Source: an uncultured Bacteroidales bacterium | GTDB taxonomy: Bacteria > Bacteroidota > Bacteroidia > Bacteroidales > JACABE01 | Direction of reading: 5' to 3' | DNA: 51,403 nt | Assembly: GCA_903936865.1 (NCBI GenBank) | Contig: CAIZXK010000034.1 | Span: forward strand, 1-51,403 | Part shown: positions 41,318 to 50,287 of the stretch, piece by piece | How positions within the stretch are numbered: the stretch's first letter is position 1 | Layout: the number at the start of each line of letters is the position of its first letter | Program-made: the position numbers and the translations under genes | The notes under the pieces: generated by a model | What the model saw: only the letters and a program-made list of their open reading frames with translations | What the model was told of the DNA's origin: nothing | Database searches by the model: none

Positions 41318-42082
41318 ATGGAATATAATTCAACACGTAACAAGCTTATCATACCTGAATATGGACGTAATGTTCAAAAGATGATTGAATACGCTATTAA
41401 TACCGAAGACAGGGATCATCGCAATAAATTGTGCAAAGAGATTATCAGAGTAATGGGTCAAATTAATCCTCACTTACGCGATGTTTCTGATTTTACACAC
41501 AAACTTTGGGATCATCTTTTTATTATTTCAGACTTTAAATTGGACGTGGATTCACCTTATCCAATTCCAACACGTGAATCTTTTGATGTTAATCCAGAAA
41601 GAATTCAATATACTGATAAAAAATTTACGTTCAGACATTACGGTAGAAATATCGAAATAATGATTGAACATGTTGCTTCTCTTGAAGATGGAGAAAAAAA
41701 AGACAGATTAATCAAGCTTATTGCCAATCATCTTAAAAAGTCATATTTAACCTGGAATCGTGATAGTGTTGATGATGATTTAATTATTGAACATCTGAAA
41801 GTTATGTCAAAAGGGCAATTAAAATTGAATGCCGACTTTAAATTTCAAAGTTCTAATGATATTCTGGCAAAAGCAAAGTCATCTTCAGGTTCAAAAAGTC
41901 AATCGAATAATCCTTCAAACAGAAACAATCTTCAAAAGGGACGCAGACCAAGAATTACGCTTACTTCAGACAGTAATAATCCTTCAAGAAATACCAATCC
42001 CCGAAATAATCCACAGAATAATAATCAAAGAAATAGCAATCAACGCCCTGGAAATTTTAATCAGCCAAGAAAAAGCAATTAA
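41318..42082 (+). CDS. DUF4290 family protein with long N/S/P/Q/R-rich C-terminal tail
   Basis: 254 aa. The N-terminal roughly 180 aa (LIIPEYGRNVQKMIEYA...HLRD...KLWDHLFIIS, then a second RHYGRNIEIMIEH repeat) matches DUF4290. That family lies immediately upstream of murA in Bacteroidota, as it does here. Confidence 0.8.
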   Translation: MEYNSTRNKLIIPEYGRNVQKMIEYAINTEDRDHRNKLCKEIIRVMGQINPHLRDVSDFTHKLWDHLFIISDFKLDVDSPYPIPTRESFDVNPERIQYTDKKFTFRHYGRNIEIMIEHVASLEDGEKKDRLIKLIANHLKKSYLTWNRDSVDDDLIIEHLKVMSKGQLKLNADFKFQSSNDILAKAKSSSGSKSQSNNPSNRNNLQKGRRPRITLTSDSNNPSRNTNPRNNPQNNNQRNSNQRPGNFNQPRKSN

Positions 42083-42101
42083 TTTTTAATACAGACAAGC
42101 T

Positions 42102-43406
42102 ATGAGTTCATTTGAAATTACAGGCGGGAAAAGATTACATGGCGAAATAATCCCGCAAGGTGCTAAAAACGAAGCTTTACAGGTTATATGTGCCGTACTT
42201 CTTACTGCCGATAAAGTTTGCATCAGCAATATTCCCGACATAAGAGATGTAAATAAACTTATCGAACTCTTGTCGGAAATGGGCGTAAAAGTTGAAAAAA
42301 CAGGAAAAGAGCAATATACTTTTCAGGCAGATTATGTTGATCTGGAATATCTAAAAACTGAAACTTTCAAAACAAAAGCAGCTTCTTTAAGGGGTTCGGT
42401 AATGATAGTAGGGCCACTGCTCGCTCGTTTCGGAAAAGCATATATACCTCAGCCTGGTGGCGATAAAATAGGTCGCCGCCGTTTGGATACTCACTTTATC
42501 GGATTAGAAAAACTGGGAGCCAAATTTGATAACGATAATTTTAATAAATTTTATAAAATAGATGCTTCACACCTGGAAGGCTGTTACATGCTTCTCGATG
42601 AAGCATCAGTAACCGGAACAGCCAATATAGTTATGACAGCTGTAATGGCAAAAGGGAAAACCACTATTTTTAATGCAGCCTGCGAACCTTACCTTTTGCA
42701 ATTGTGCAATATGCTAAACAGCATGGGTGCAAAAATTAACGGAGTCGGTTCTAACCTGCTCACCATTGAGGGTGTTAAAGAAATGCATGGCTGTGATCAC
42801 AGACTTTTACCCGATATGATTGAAGTTGGGAGTTTTATTGGTTTAGCAGCCATGACTCGTTCTGAACTTACCATCAAAAATGTTAACTACCATCAGTTGG
42901 GAATCATACCCGAAGTATTCCGCCGTTTAGGTATTAATATCCAAAAGCGTGAAGATGATATTTATATTCCTCAACAGGATAATTATGAAATCGAACATTT
43001 TATGGATGGCTCAATAATGACCATTTCAGATGCTCCCTGGCCGGGTTTTACACCCGATTTAATCAGTATTGCTTTAGTTGTGGCTACACAGGCTCGCGGA
43101 AGTGCATTAATCCACCAGAAGATGTTTGAGAGCAGGTTGTTTTTTGTTGATAAACTGATAGATATGGGTGCTCAGATTATACTGTGCGATCCCCATAGAG
43201 CAACAGTAATCGGACTAAACCACCAATATCCTTTACGTGGTATCGAAATGATTTCACCTGATATAAGAGCTGGTGTAGCACTTTTGATTGCTGCATTATC
43301 TGCTCAGGGAAAAAGTACCATACATAATATCGAACAAATAGATCGTGGTTATCAGCAAATTGATGAGCGATTAAATAAATTGGGTGCCGAAATAAAAAGA
43401 TTCTGA
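42102..43406 (+). CDS. murA: UDP-N-acetylglucosamine 1-carboxyvinyltransferase
   Basis: 434 aa. GAKNEALQV, PGGDKIGRRRLDTH (Asp in place of the fosfomycin-target Cys), DRGYQQIDERL. Confidence 0.95.
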   Translation: MSSFEITGGKRLHGEIIPQGAKNEALQVICAVLLTADKVCISNIPDIRDVNKLIELLSEMGVKVEKTGKEQYTFQADYVDLEYLKTETFKTKAASLRGSVMIVGPLLARFGKAYIPQPGGDKIGRRRLDTHFIGLEKLGAKFDNDNFNKFYKIDASHLEGCYMLLDEASVTGTANIVMTAVMAKGKTTIFNAACEPYLLQLCNMLNSMGAKINGVGSNLLTIEGVKEMHGCDHRLLPDMIEVGSFIGLAAMTRSELTIKNVNYHQLGIIPEVFRRLGINIQKREDDIYIPQQDNYEIEHFMDGSIMTISDAPWPGFTPDLISIALVVATQARGSALIHQKMFESRLFFVDKLIDMGAQIILCDPHRATVIGLNHQYPLRGIEMISPDIRAGVALLIAALSAQGKSTIHNIEQIDRGYQQIDERLNKLGAEIKRF

Positions 43407-43604
43407 TAGCGGGTGTTGTAAAGCTAATTTCTTTACTTTTTACAATAATTAAAATTTATTCAATAGTTCGTTAAACTTTGACAAAGTTTATTCCTTCACA
43501 AGATTAACTAATTGATTATCTACATATTACAAAAACAAATATAACTTTATCAACGTTCTCAATATCTGCTACTTATATAGTTTAACGGAGTATTGATATT
43601 TCCT

Positions 43605-45485
43605 TTAATCATAAAATCTCCATATAACACCAAGTTTGAGAGACGAAGCCTGTTGTGGATAATGTGGCATCATATAAAAATTATAGTTAGTCCATCCGCT
43701 ATTAATATGCTGGTATTTTAAGAATACATTTGCTCGCTTAATCTGCACATTTGCAAATACATCTGCATATACATAATTACCTATCTGCTTTGTTTCCTGA
43801 GTATAAAACATTCTTGTTGAAGGCATGTAATCATCAGCAAAATAACTGGTATTATAATAAAAACTTACACCCGGTTGTAAATACATATATTTCTTAAACA
43901 ATTGTAAATTCAAATACCATGACTGCATGGCAGCAATCTGAGGCAATTTTATAATGCTGTGGTCGGGAGTATATTGATAAACCAAATCATTATCAATCTG
44001 TAAGCGGCCCCAGCTTATATCCTTGCTTAATTTAGCAACAAGCACATGTATCATGTTATCCTGCCATTCGGGCTTTGCATTATTAGTAAGATACACAAAA
44101 TTATTCAACTGATGTAATGATACATCTGCATTGAAAGTTCCAATTTTTAGTTTGGCAAAATAAGTAATCAGATTTTGTTTATCAAAATCATTTTTCCATT
44201 TAAAGTAATTGGAATACCGCCAGGTATAAAACCAATCCGCTTCCTTCTGAGTATAAAATAATCCTGAAGTAAATAGTATTTTGCCTGGATGTTTTTTCAG
44301 GAAATCAAATTTTGCAACAGCTTTCAAACTAAAATCTCCGCCATTATAATCACCAATAACATATTCGCCGTTCAAATCAAGATGAAACTTACCAAATGCA
44401 AAAACCGACAAGGCTGCATAAGGTGTTATATGATTAAATGTTTGTATTTTAAACGTATCAATATACTCAATGTACTTATGCCGGATTCCGAAAACCAGAT
44501 TAAATGCCTGAGGTGACAATGGATTTTCACTTATCCCGTTAGTCCAGGCAAAATTACTTTCAAACCATCGGAAATGAATACTATCATGTGTAGCAGTTGA
44601 ATCAAAATAAATATTTCTGTAATAACCACTTTTGCCATCCAGATCGGAGTAGGTTTGAGAATTTTTATAATAATGCAAGGTAAGGGAAATGCTTCCCGGA
44701 TTAAAAGTCCGATGAGGAATACTATCAACCTTCATCCTTTTGAAGTTGTAAATTTGCTTTACAAAAAAACCTGTTTCTTTATACTGATTATTGGCAGCTT
44801 GCAGATAAACAGGAACTGATAGCGTTTGAGTAGTTAATTTGTTTTCGAAAATGGAATCACTAACACCTCCATTTTCCTGAATTTCTATGCTTGAATGATA
44901 ATAAGCTGCCAAAACACGATACTTGCCTAATGGAGCTACGTAATTGGTATTTACCATTAATTGCCTGTTGTCGCAACTCTGCCATTGATAACTTCCCCAC
45001 GAATCCATTACACGGAAATTAATCCCGACATTCCAGGTTTTATTAATATTCTGGCTATGTATTACCTGAAGAATTTCCTCTTTTTCGGGTCCTGAAAGGT
45101 AAAAAAGTGAAGTATATGGTTTACGCACCTGATAATAAGGTTGGGTATAGTTGTTAAACAGTAAATCGTCAAAAGAATGAACGCCATAATCGAATCCAAC
45201 TGTATGACGAGGTTCAAAAACTATTCGCTTGCTTGGCCTGCCAATATTCCCCATCCACTCGCTTAATCTATTCCGGTTAAAGGATGGGTTGTATTGTTCC
45301 AGACTTTTAATTATAGTATCAATTCTGTATGAAACAGGTAATTCAAAAGAATTGGCTTTATCATAATAATATTGAGTCCGGTTTCGAGCCCATGCAACCG
45401 AATCAACTCTTTGCCCATTAACAAAAGTAGATGCAAAAAGGAATAATATTACAAAACAAACAAAAGCCAATCTCAATTGCTTCAT
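43605..45485 (-). CDS. Outer-membrane beta-barrel protein, putative porin family
   Basis: 626 aa with a signal peptide. It is rich in aromatic-alternating beta-strand sequence and ends with the strand LGVIWRFYD. It resembles the Bacteroidota 'putative porin' family from memory. Confidence 0.55.
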   Translation of the reverse strand: MKQLRLAFVCFVILFLFASTFVNGQRVDSVAWARNRTQYYYDKANSFELPVSYRIDTIIKSLEQYNPSFNRNRLSEWMGNIGRPSKRIVFEPRHTVGFDYGVHSFDDLLFNNYTQPYYQVRKPYTSLFYLSGPEKEEILQVIHSQNINKTWNVGINFRVMDSWGSYQWQSCDNRQLMVNTNYVAPLGKYRVLAAYYHSSIEIQENGGVSDSIFENKLTTQTLSVPVYLQAANNQYKETGFFVKQIYNFKRMKVDSIPHRTFNPGSISLTLHYYKNSQTYSDLDGKSGYYRNIYFDSTATHDSIHFRWFESNFAWTNGISENPLSPQAFNLVFGIRHKYIEYIDTFKIQTFNHITPYAALSVFAFGKFHLDLNGEYVIGDYNGGDFSLKAVAKFDFLKKHPGKILFTSGLFYTQKEADWFYTWRYSNYFKWKNDFDKQNLITYFAKLKIGTFNADVSLHQLNNFVYLTNNAKPEWQDNMIHVLVAKLSKDISWGRLQIDNDLVYQYTPDHSIIKLPQIAAMQSWYLNLQLFKKYMYLQPGVSFYYNTSYFADDYMPSTRMFYTQETKQIGNYVYADVFANVQIKRANVFLKYQHINSGWTNYNFYMMPHYPQQASSLKLGVIWRFYD

Positions 45486-45510
45486 TTTAAAACAGATTAA
45501 TAAAAAATGT

Positions 45511-46821
45511 TTATAAATTCAAATATTTTTCCAGGTACTCAAATTCTGGAGTTAACTCGCCTTTATGCAGAATCAAAGCTTTTTTCAATGATTTTGGCAG
45601 ATCAAGATCGGCTGTAGGCAAATCATAATCGGCAAAAACAATTGGTTTAATAAAGTTCGACAATGCATCTGCAAATCCATCAGAAGAATCTCTTGGCAAT
45701 TCACTAGGCAAAATATCAACTGCCATATCCAAAAGGCCTTCACCTTCGTAACCCATTGTATATTTATCCGTTATTGGATTATACACAAAAATGGGATCTT
45801 CTATTTCTGTACCATGGTGAGTGCATTCGATAGAACCATCGGGATCGCAGGTAATATCACCTATCACTGTTAATTTTGGATTTCCGTTACTATATAATTT
45901 CTTCAGATATTCTTTTGTTATAATTCGTGGATAGCGTGCATCCCAATACATACAATTCATCAATACCGTTAAATGCGGAATGTATTGTTCGAACTTGCTT
46001 ACATAATTCTGTGGATTCCGGTAATAATCATACAAGTCAAACTCAATGTTATCTTTATGTTCTGAAATATGTTTTTCTTTAAAAACAACTTTAAAAATAA
46101 TATTGTCGGGAAGTGCTGCCCTGTTTTTTAATTCCAATAATTTCTCGGTTGAAATCTCTTTTACAGGCAATAAACCACAAATTTCCTGAGCACCCAGCGA
46201 CACATTTCCATAACCTGTAAAACCGATAACCAATGGTTGCAGTTCCTTTGGCAATCCATTTTCGGCAATAAGCTGTCCTACAAGACTTATTGCATCTTTA
46301 GCTTCGCGTAATGAATTATATAAGTGAGCCTGTTTGAGTTCTAAAAAAGGAGTATTAATTCCAAAACTTTTCCACCTTAATCCTAACGACCATAATGAAT
46401 TAATCATTCCAGCCAAACCAGCATATTTTCCAAAAAATATCAACCTCTTATTTTGTTCATCCACTATTCTTTCATAATCAATGAGGTTGCATTTTAATTC
46501 CATCATTCGCTTAAGCATTGGCATATTATAAGATTGGCCTTTTATAACATGCGAAAAGAAAACATAGGTTTTTTCTGATTCAAAAAAATCCATAGGCATT
46601 TCCTTAACTCCCAGAATAACATTACATTTCTTCAGGTCATTTTCCACTAAAGCTCCTGCCTGAATATACTCCTCATCCTTAAAAATTCTTTTCTGAGACG
46701 TTTGAACAATAAAATCAAGTTTCTGATGCTCTATTAATCGCTTTACATGCTTGGGAGTCAATGGAGCTCTGCGTTCCATTACATATTTGTCTTCGTGCCT
46801 AATTCCTATATAGTTGCTCAT
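45511..46821 (-). CDS. Lysine-ketoglutarate reductase-like enzyme (saccharopine dehydrogenase, L-lysine-forming; AlaDH/PNT fold)
   Basis: 436 aa. IGIRHEDKYVMERRAPLTPKHV, ILGVKE, TYVFFSHVIKGQ..NMP, LIDYE, FGKYAGLAGMIN and GFTGYGNVSLGAQE align closely with my memory of the LKR domain of eukaryotic AASS. Confidence 0.75.
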   Translation of the reverse strand: MSNYIGIRHEDKYVMERRAPLTPKHVKRLIEHQKLDFIVQTSQKRIFKDEEYIQAGALVENDLKKCNVILGVKEMPMDFFESEKTYVFFSHVIKGQSYNMPMLKRMMELKCNLIDYERIVDEQNKRLIFFGKYAGLAGMINSLWSLGLRWKSFGINTPFLELKQAHLYNSLREAKDAISLVGQLIAENGLPKELQPLVIGFTGYGNVSLGAQEICGLLPVKEISTEKLLELKNRAALPDNIIFKVVFKEKHISEHKDNIEFDLYDYYRNPQNYVSKFEQYIPHLTVLMNCMYWDARYPRIITKEYLKKLYSNGNPKLTVIGDITCDPDGSIECTHHGTEIEDPIFVYNPITDKYTMGYEGEGLLDMAVDILPSELPRDSSDGFADALSNFIKPIVFADYDLPTADLDLPKSLKKALILHKGELTPEFEYLEKYLNL

Positions 46822-47217
46822 ATTGAAAATTAAAAAGTGTGATTGGTTTATTTATAAAGTTAAAAAGTTGGAAATAAAATAATCAGCTAAAATATAGTTA
46901 ATTATGATATCTTATTTTTTTTGAATTGCAAATATATAAAAATACTGTGAATTTTTGGTTCAATTAACGTAATTTAATAATTGTAAAATCATTATGTAAA
47001 AGCTAAAAGAGTAATTAATACTTATATCCGCAAAATTACTTTTAAGAGATTAACTGCCATTAGTTGTCTCAAAATACTTTACTTTTTATTAAAAAAAGTT
47101 TAAAAAATCAGCAATCAGATAACTTGAGAAATTTCAGATTTTATTAAATTTTTCTGTCATGATAACTAAAATGGCATATAAATTGTAATTAAATTTTTAC
47201 AAATCAATAAAAGTTTA

Positions 47218-47225
47218 TATTTTTG
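47218..47225 (+). promoter_or_regulatory. Candidate -7 box (TATTTTTG) for the DUF4476 gene
   Basis: Exact TAnnTTTG match ending 24 nt upstream of the ATG at 47249. Motif match only. Confidence 0.3.
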
Positions 47226-47248
47226 AAAACAATTTAATAATTTATCAC

Positions 47249-48235
47249 ATGAAAAAACATTTTATTACGTTAGCAACCCTGCTCTTATTTTTTAGTTTAA
47301 GTTATGGTCAGAAATCAAACCTGGTTTTTTTCACCGAACAGGGTGAGCCATTCTATGTTATTGTAAATGGAATAAAACAAAATGCCGATGCACGTTCCAA
47401 TGTAAAAGTTACTGATTTAACATCCCCATCCTATCTATGTAAAATTATTTTCAAAAACACCGAACTAGGTCAATTGGATAAAACGATATATTTGAATCAA
47501 GGGACTGAAACCACTTATATTATAAAGAAAAACAATAAAAACAAATGGCTTATCCGATGGATGAACGAAGCACCTGTTAAAAACAGCAAACCATCAACAA
47601 ATTCATATACTTACTCAAATACAGAACCGGCTCCAGAACCAGTTCATGTCAATACAACACAAACTCAAATTCAAACCCCACCTAATAGTGCTAATATTGG
47701 TATAAATGTTTCGGATCCTACAACCGGAACAAATTTTAACATGAATTTAAATACTAATCTAACACCTAATCAGGCAAATACAACAACAACTACCACTACA
47801 ACAACCACCACCAATCAGGGTGGAACAAATAGTAATCCTCCGGGACATCACAATCATACTACAGGCAATAACCATGGTACAGGTAACAACCAACATCAGG
47901 TTACTGATGCTGTTCCGGGTTATCGCGGTCCTTATGGTTGCAACTTTCCTATGACTCGTGATAATTTTACTACAGTGAAAAATTCAGTTTCAAGCAAAAA
48001 TTTTGAGAGTTCAAAATTAACGGTTGCCAAACAGGTTATTACAAACAATTGCCTTACAACTTCACAAATCAAGGAAATCGTTAAATTATTTGATTTTGAA
48101 AGCACACGTCTTGAATTTGCAAAGTTTGCTTACAGCTACGTTTACGATAAAGGAAATTATTTCCAGCTTAATGATGCCTTTGATTTTGAATCATCTATTG
48201 ACGAATTGAATAATTATATCAATTCAACTAAATAA
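47249..48235 (+). CDS. DUF4476 domain protein, secreted, with low-complexity T/N/H/G linker
   Basis: 328 aa with a signal peptide. The C-terminal roughly 100 aa (FESSKLTVAKQVI...LTTSQIKEIVKLFDFESTRLEFAKFAY) is DUF4476-like. The mid-protein linker contains an 11-Thr run. Confidence 0.75.
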   Translation: MKKHFITLATLLLFFSLSYGQKSNLVFFTEQGEPFYVIVNGIKQNADARSNVKVTDLTSPSYLCKIIFKNTELGQLDKTIYLNQGTETTYIIKKNNKNKWLIRWMNEAPVKNSKPSTNSYTYSNTEPAPEPVHVNTTQTQIQTPPNSANIGINVSDPTTGTNFNMNLNTNLTPNQANTTTTTTTTTTTNQGGTNSNPPGHHNHTTGNNHGTGNNQHQVTDAVPGYRGPYGCNFPMTRDNFTTVKNSVSSKNFESSKLTVAKQVITNNCLTTSQIKEIVKLFDFESTRLEFAKFAYSYVYDKGNYFQLNDAFDFESSIDELNNYINSTK

Positions 48236-48273
48236 TTTTTTACAAAAGTTAGAAAATAGCTTTTTTTTGAATT

Positions 48274-48317
48274 ATCTTTGCTTTTGAAGATTTGTTTTAA
48301 AGCAAAGATTTTTTTTT
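48274..48317 (+). terminator. Intrinsic terminator after the DUF4476 gene
   Basis: An 11-bp stem ATCTTTGCTTT/AAAGCAAAGAT (48274-48284 and 48299-48309) is followed by a T8 run. Confidence 0.7.
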
Positions 48318-48337
48318 GATTAACATTTAATACTTGA
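48316..48337 (+). promoter_or_regulatory. Conserved upstream box shared by both USP genes (copy 1)
   Basis: TTGATTAACATTTAATACTTGA ends 5 nt before the usp ATG. It shares T7GA, TTAACATTTA and CTTGA blocks with 49214-49234. Confidence 0.3.
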
Positions 48338-48341
48338 AGCC

Positions 48342-49208
48342 ATGAAAAAGATTCTTATCGCCGTAGATTTTTCAAGTCATACCCAATTTTCATGCAGCTA
48401 TGCACTTGATATGGCAATTACTAACAATGCAGAAATAATGTTGTTCCATACCTATTTTACACAATATTATTTTTCATCGCCAAGTATGCCCGATGCTTTC
48501 GAAATAAGTCCATTTTCAAATTCCGAATCAAGTTCTGAAGCTGAAGAATCGGCAAAAACACAAATGAGTAGTTTGCAAAATGAATTGATTGAAAGAGCTA
48601 TACAGAATTATGATAAACCAATAAAGATAAAAACAAAAATTACAAATGGAAATTTTGCAGATGATTTATTGGATTTTTGCAGCGATTATTTCCCATCAGT
48701 TGTAGTTATTGGTTCAAAGGGTATTGGCGAAAGCACTTCCTTATTTGGAAGAACTGCAATTAGAATTTTTAATAAGCTGAAACATCCTGTTATTGTAATT
48801 CCTGCTACTGATGATTCCAAGACTATCGAAAATGTGATGTATATTGCAGATTTAGAAGCTTCCAATAATGTTTTGATAAGGAAAACCTATAATCTTTTAG
48901 AGAATTTTAATCCGAAAATCTTCTGTGTTCACCTGGCTGAGGATAATAATTACCTGAAAGCATACTCGTCAAACGAATACTTAAAATCAGAATATCAGAA
49001 AGAATTAAATGTAAACAAGTTTCAGAGCGATGTGCTCGAAGGAACTGATAAACATGATGAAATAGATGAGTTTATAAAAAAGAACAATATAAATATGATC
49101 GTTTTTATGCCTCACAAAGCCAATTTTTTCCAACGGCTTATCGGACAGGAAAAATCAAAAGAATATCTGTTTGAAACCAATTTGCCAATTCTTGCCATCA
49201 GATTATAA
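48342..49208 (+). CDS. Universal stress protein, tandem UspA-domain type
   Basis: 288 aa with two USP-like halves. The first begins MKKILIAVDFS and includes VVVIGSKG...PVIVIP. The second includes VMYIADL...MIVFMPH...PILAI. Confidence 0.8.
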   Translation: MKKILIAVDFSSHTQFSCSYALDMAITNNAEIMLFHTYFTQYYFSSPSMPDAFEISPFSNSESSSEAEESAKTQMSSLQNELIERAIQNYDKPIKIKTKITNGNFADDLLDFCSDYFPSVVVIGSKGIGESTSLFGRTAIRIFNKLKHPVIVIPATDDSKTIENVMYIADLEASNNVLIRKTYNLLENFNPKIFCVHLAEDNNYLKAYSSNEYLKSEYQKELNVNKFQSDVLEGTDKHDEIDEFIKKNNINMIVFMPHKANFFQRLIGQEKSKEYLFETNLPILAIRL

Positions 49209-49213
49209 TTTTT

Positions 49214-49234
49214 TTGAATTTAACATTTACTTGA
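49214..49234 (+). promoter_or_regulatory. Conserved upstream box shared by both USP genes (copy 2)
   Basis: TTGAATTTAACATTTACTTGA begins just after the upstream usp stop, and the identical 10-mer TTAACATTTA lies at 49220-49229. See copy 1. Confidence 0.3.
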
Positions 49235-49246
49235 TAAATTAATTTT

Positions 49247-49254
49247 TAACTTTG
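49247..49254 (+). promoter_or_regulatory. Candidate -7 box (TAACTTTG) for the second USP gene
   Basis: Exact TAnnTTTG match ending 26 nt upstream of the ATG at 49280. Motif match only. Confidence 0.3.
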
Positions 49255-49279
49255 CTTCAACATTATTTATAAAAAAAAT

Positions 49280-50122
49280 ATGAATACAAAAATGGATAAT
49301 ATTATACTTATACCTACTGATTTTACAGAGGTTTGTAACAATGCAGTAAAACATGGTGCAGAAACAGCCAAATTTTTAAATTATCAACTATGTTTATTAC
49401 ATGTAGTTGACAAAGACACTAAATCCTATTTAAAAAAGGAAAACCTTACCGAAGAAATTATTATTGAAAAGCTGGGGTTAATTTCCAATGAAGTCAATTC
49501 AACTTACGGAATTGAAGTTACAAGTATTTCGCGTGAAGGACATATATTTGAGACAATATCTGAAGTTGCTTCAGAAATTGGAGCAAAATTTATTGTTATG
49601 GGAACTCACGGAAAAGTTGGCATGCAAAAGATAACAGGTAGTTATGCCTTAAAAGTAATTACCAGTTCGCAAGTACCGGTAATTGTTGTTCAGAAACGTC
49701 CTTTCCAGAATGCTTACAAAGACATTGTACTTCCAATTACAAGCGAAGCAGGCCCCTGGGATAAAACTCAATGGGCTGCATCTATTGCAAAACAGTTCGA
49801 CTCCTGCATACATATTCTGAAAATAAGTGATGATGAAGCCATTAATGAAGCTGTTAAAGTAATAACCAACTACTTTGATGAAAATAAAGTGAAGTATTTT
49901 GAAAAAACTGCTGAAAAGGGAACTAATTTTACCAAAGCCGTTATAGATTATGCCGTTTCAATAAACTCGGAACTTATTATGATTTTAACTTCCAGATCGA
50001 GTGCATTGAGCAACTTTATTCTGGGAGCTTATGATGAAGATTTAATTTTCAATATACCACAAATACCTGTTATGTGCATTAATCCCAGAGAAGTAAACTG
50101 GAAAAAAATTGTATCATACTAA
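49280..50122 (+). CDS. Universal stress protein, tandem UspA-domain type
   Basis: 280 aa. ILIPTDFTEVCNNAVKHGA...LCLLHVV...FIVMGTHGKVG...VPVIVV is followed by a second half, IVLPITS...LIMILTS...PVMCI. The start could alternatively be the ATG at 49292. Confidence 0.8.
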   Translation: MNTKMDNIILIPTDFTEVCNNAVKHGAETAKFLNYQLCLLHVVDKDTKSYLKKENLTEEIIIEKLGLISNEVNSTYGIEVTSISREGHIFETISEVASEIGAKFIVMGTHGKVGMQKITGSYALKVITSSQVPVIVVQKRPFQNAYKDIVLPITSEAGPWDKTQWAASIAKQFDSCIHILKISDDEAINEAVKVITNYFDENKVKYFEKTAEKGTNFTKAVIDYAVSINSELIMILTSRSSALSNFILGAYDEDLIFNIPQIPVMCINPREVNWKKIVSY

Positions 50123-50151
50123 TTGAATTTTAAGAACTCACTTATAAAAAA

Positions 50152-50186
50152 ATAGCCCGGTGAAAACATATTTATCGGGCTATTTT
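50152..50186 (+). terminator. Intrinsic terminator after the second USP gene
   Basis: An 8-bp stem ATAGCCCG/CGGGCTAT (50152-50159 and 50176-50183) has a 16-nt loop and is followed by TTTT. Confidence 0.65.
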
Positions 50187-50287
50187 AATTATTTTGCAGG
50201 TAGATGTAAAGTTAAAATACAAACTATTTTTTTGTGTGTTTATTCAAAAAAAAATTACACTCTCCTCCAAAAAACAGTTATTATTAC

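Noticed and set aside
41829-42089. 86-aa alternative-frame ORF over the DUF4290 tail
   Set aside because: It is an out-of-frame reading of the low-complexity repeat region. The DUF4290 frame is continuous from a recognisable N-terminal domain.
43654-43662. Perfect DnaA box (TGTGGATAA, the reverse complement of TTATCCACA)
   Set aside because: It is a single isolated occurrence inside the porin coding sequence. About one such 9-mer is expected by chance in 51 kb of AT-rich DNA when both strands are counted.
46822-47248. 427-nt AT-rich gap between the divergent LKR and DUF4476 genes as a possible small-RNA or riboswitch locus
   Set aside because: I found no stable hairpins, no conserved-looking G+C-rich helices and no terminator. 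The only feature is a TAnnTTTG box near the DUF4476 start. It is probably just divergent promoter space, and this cannot be settled without comparative data.
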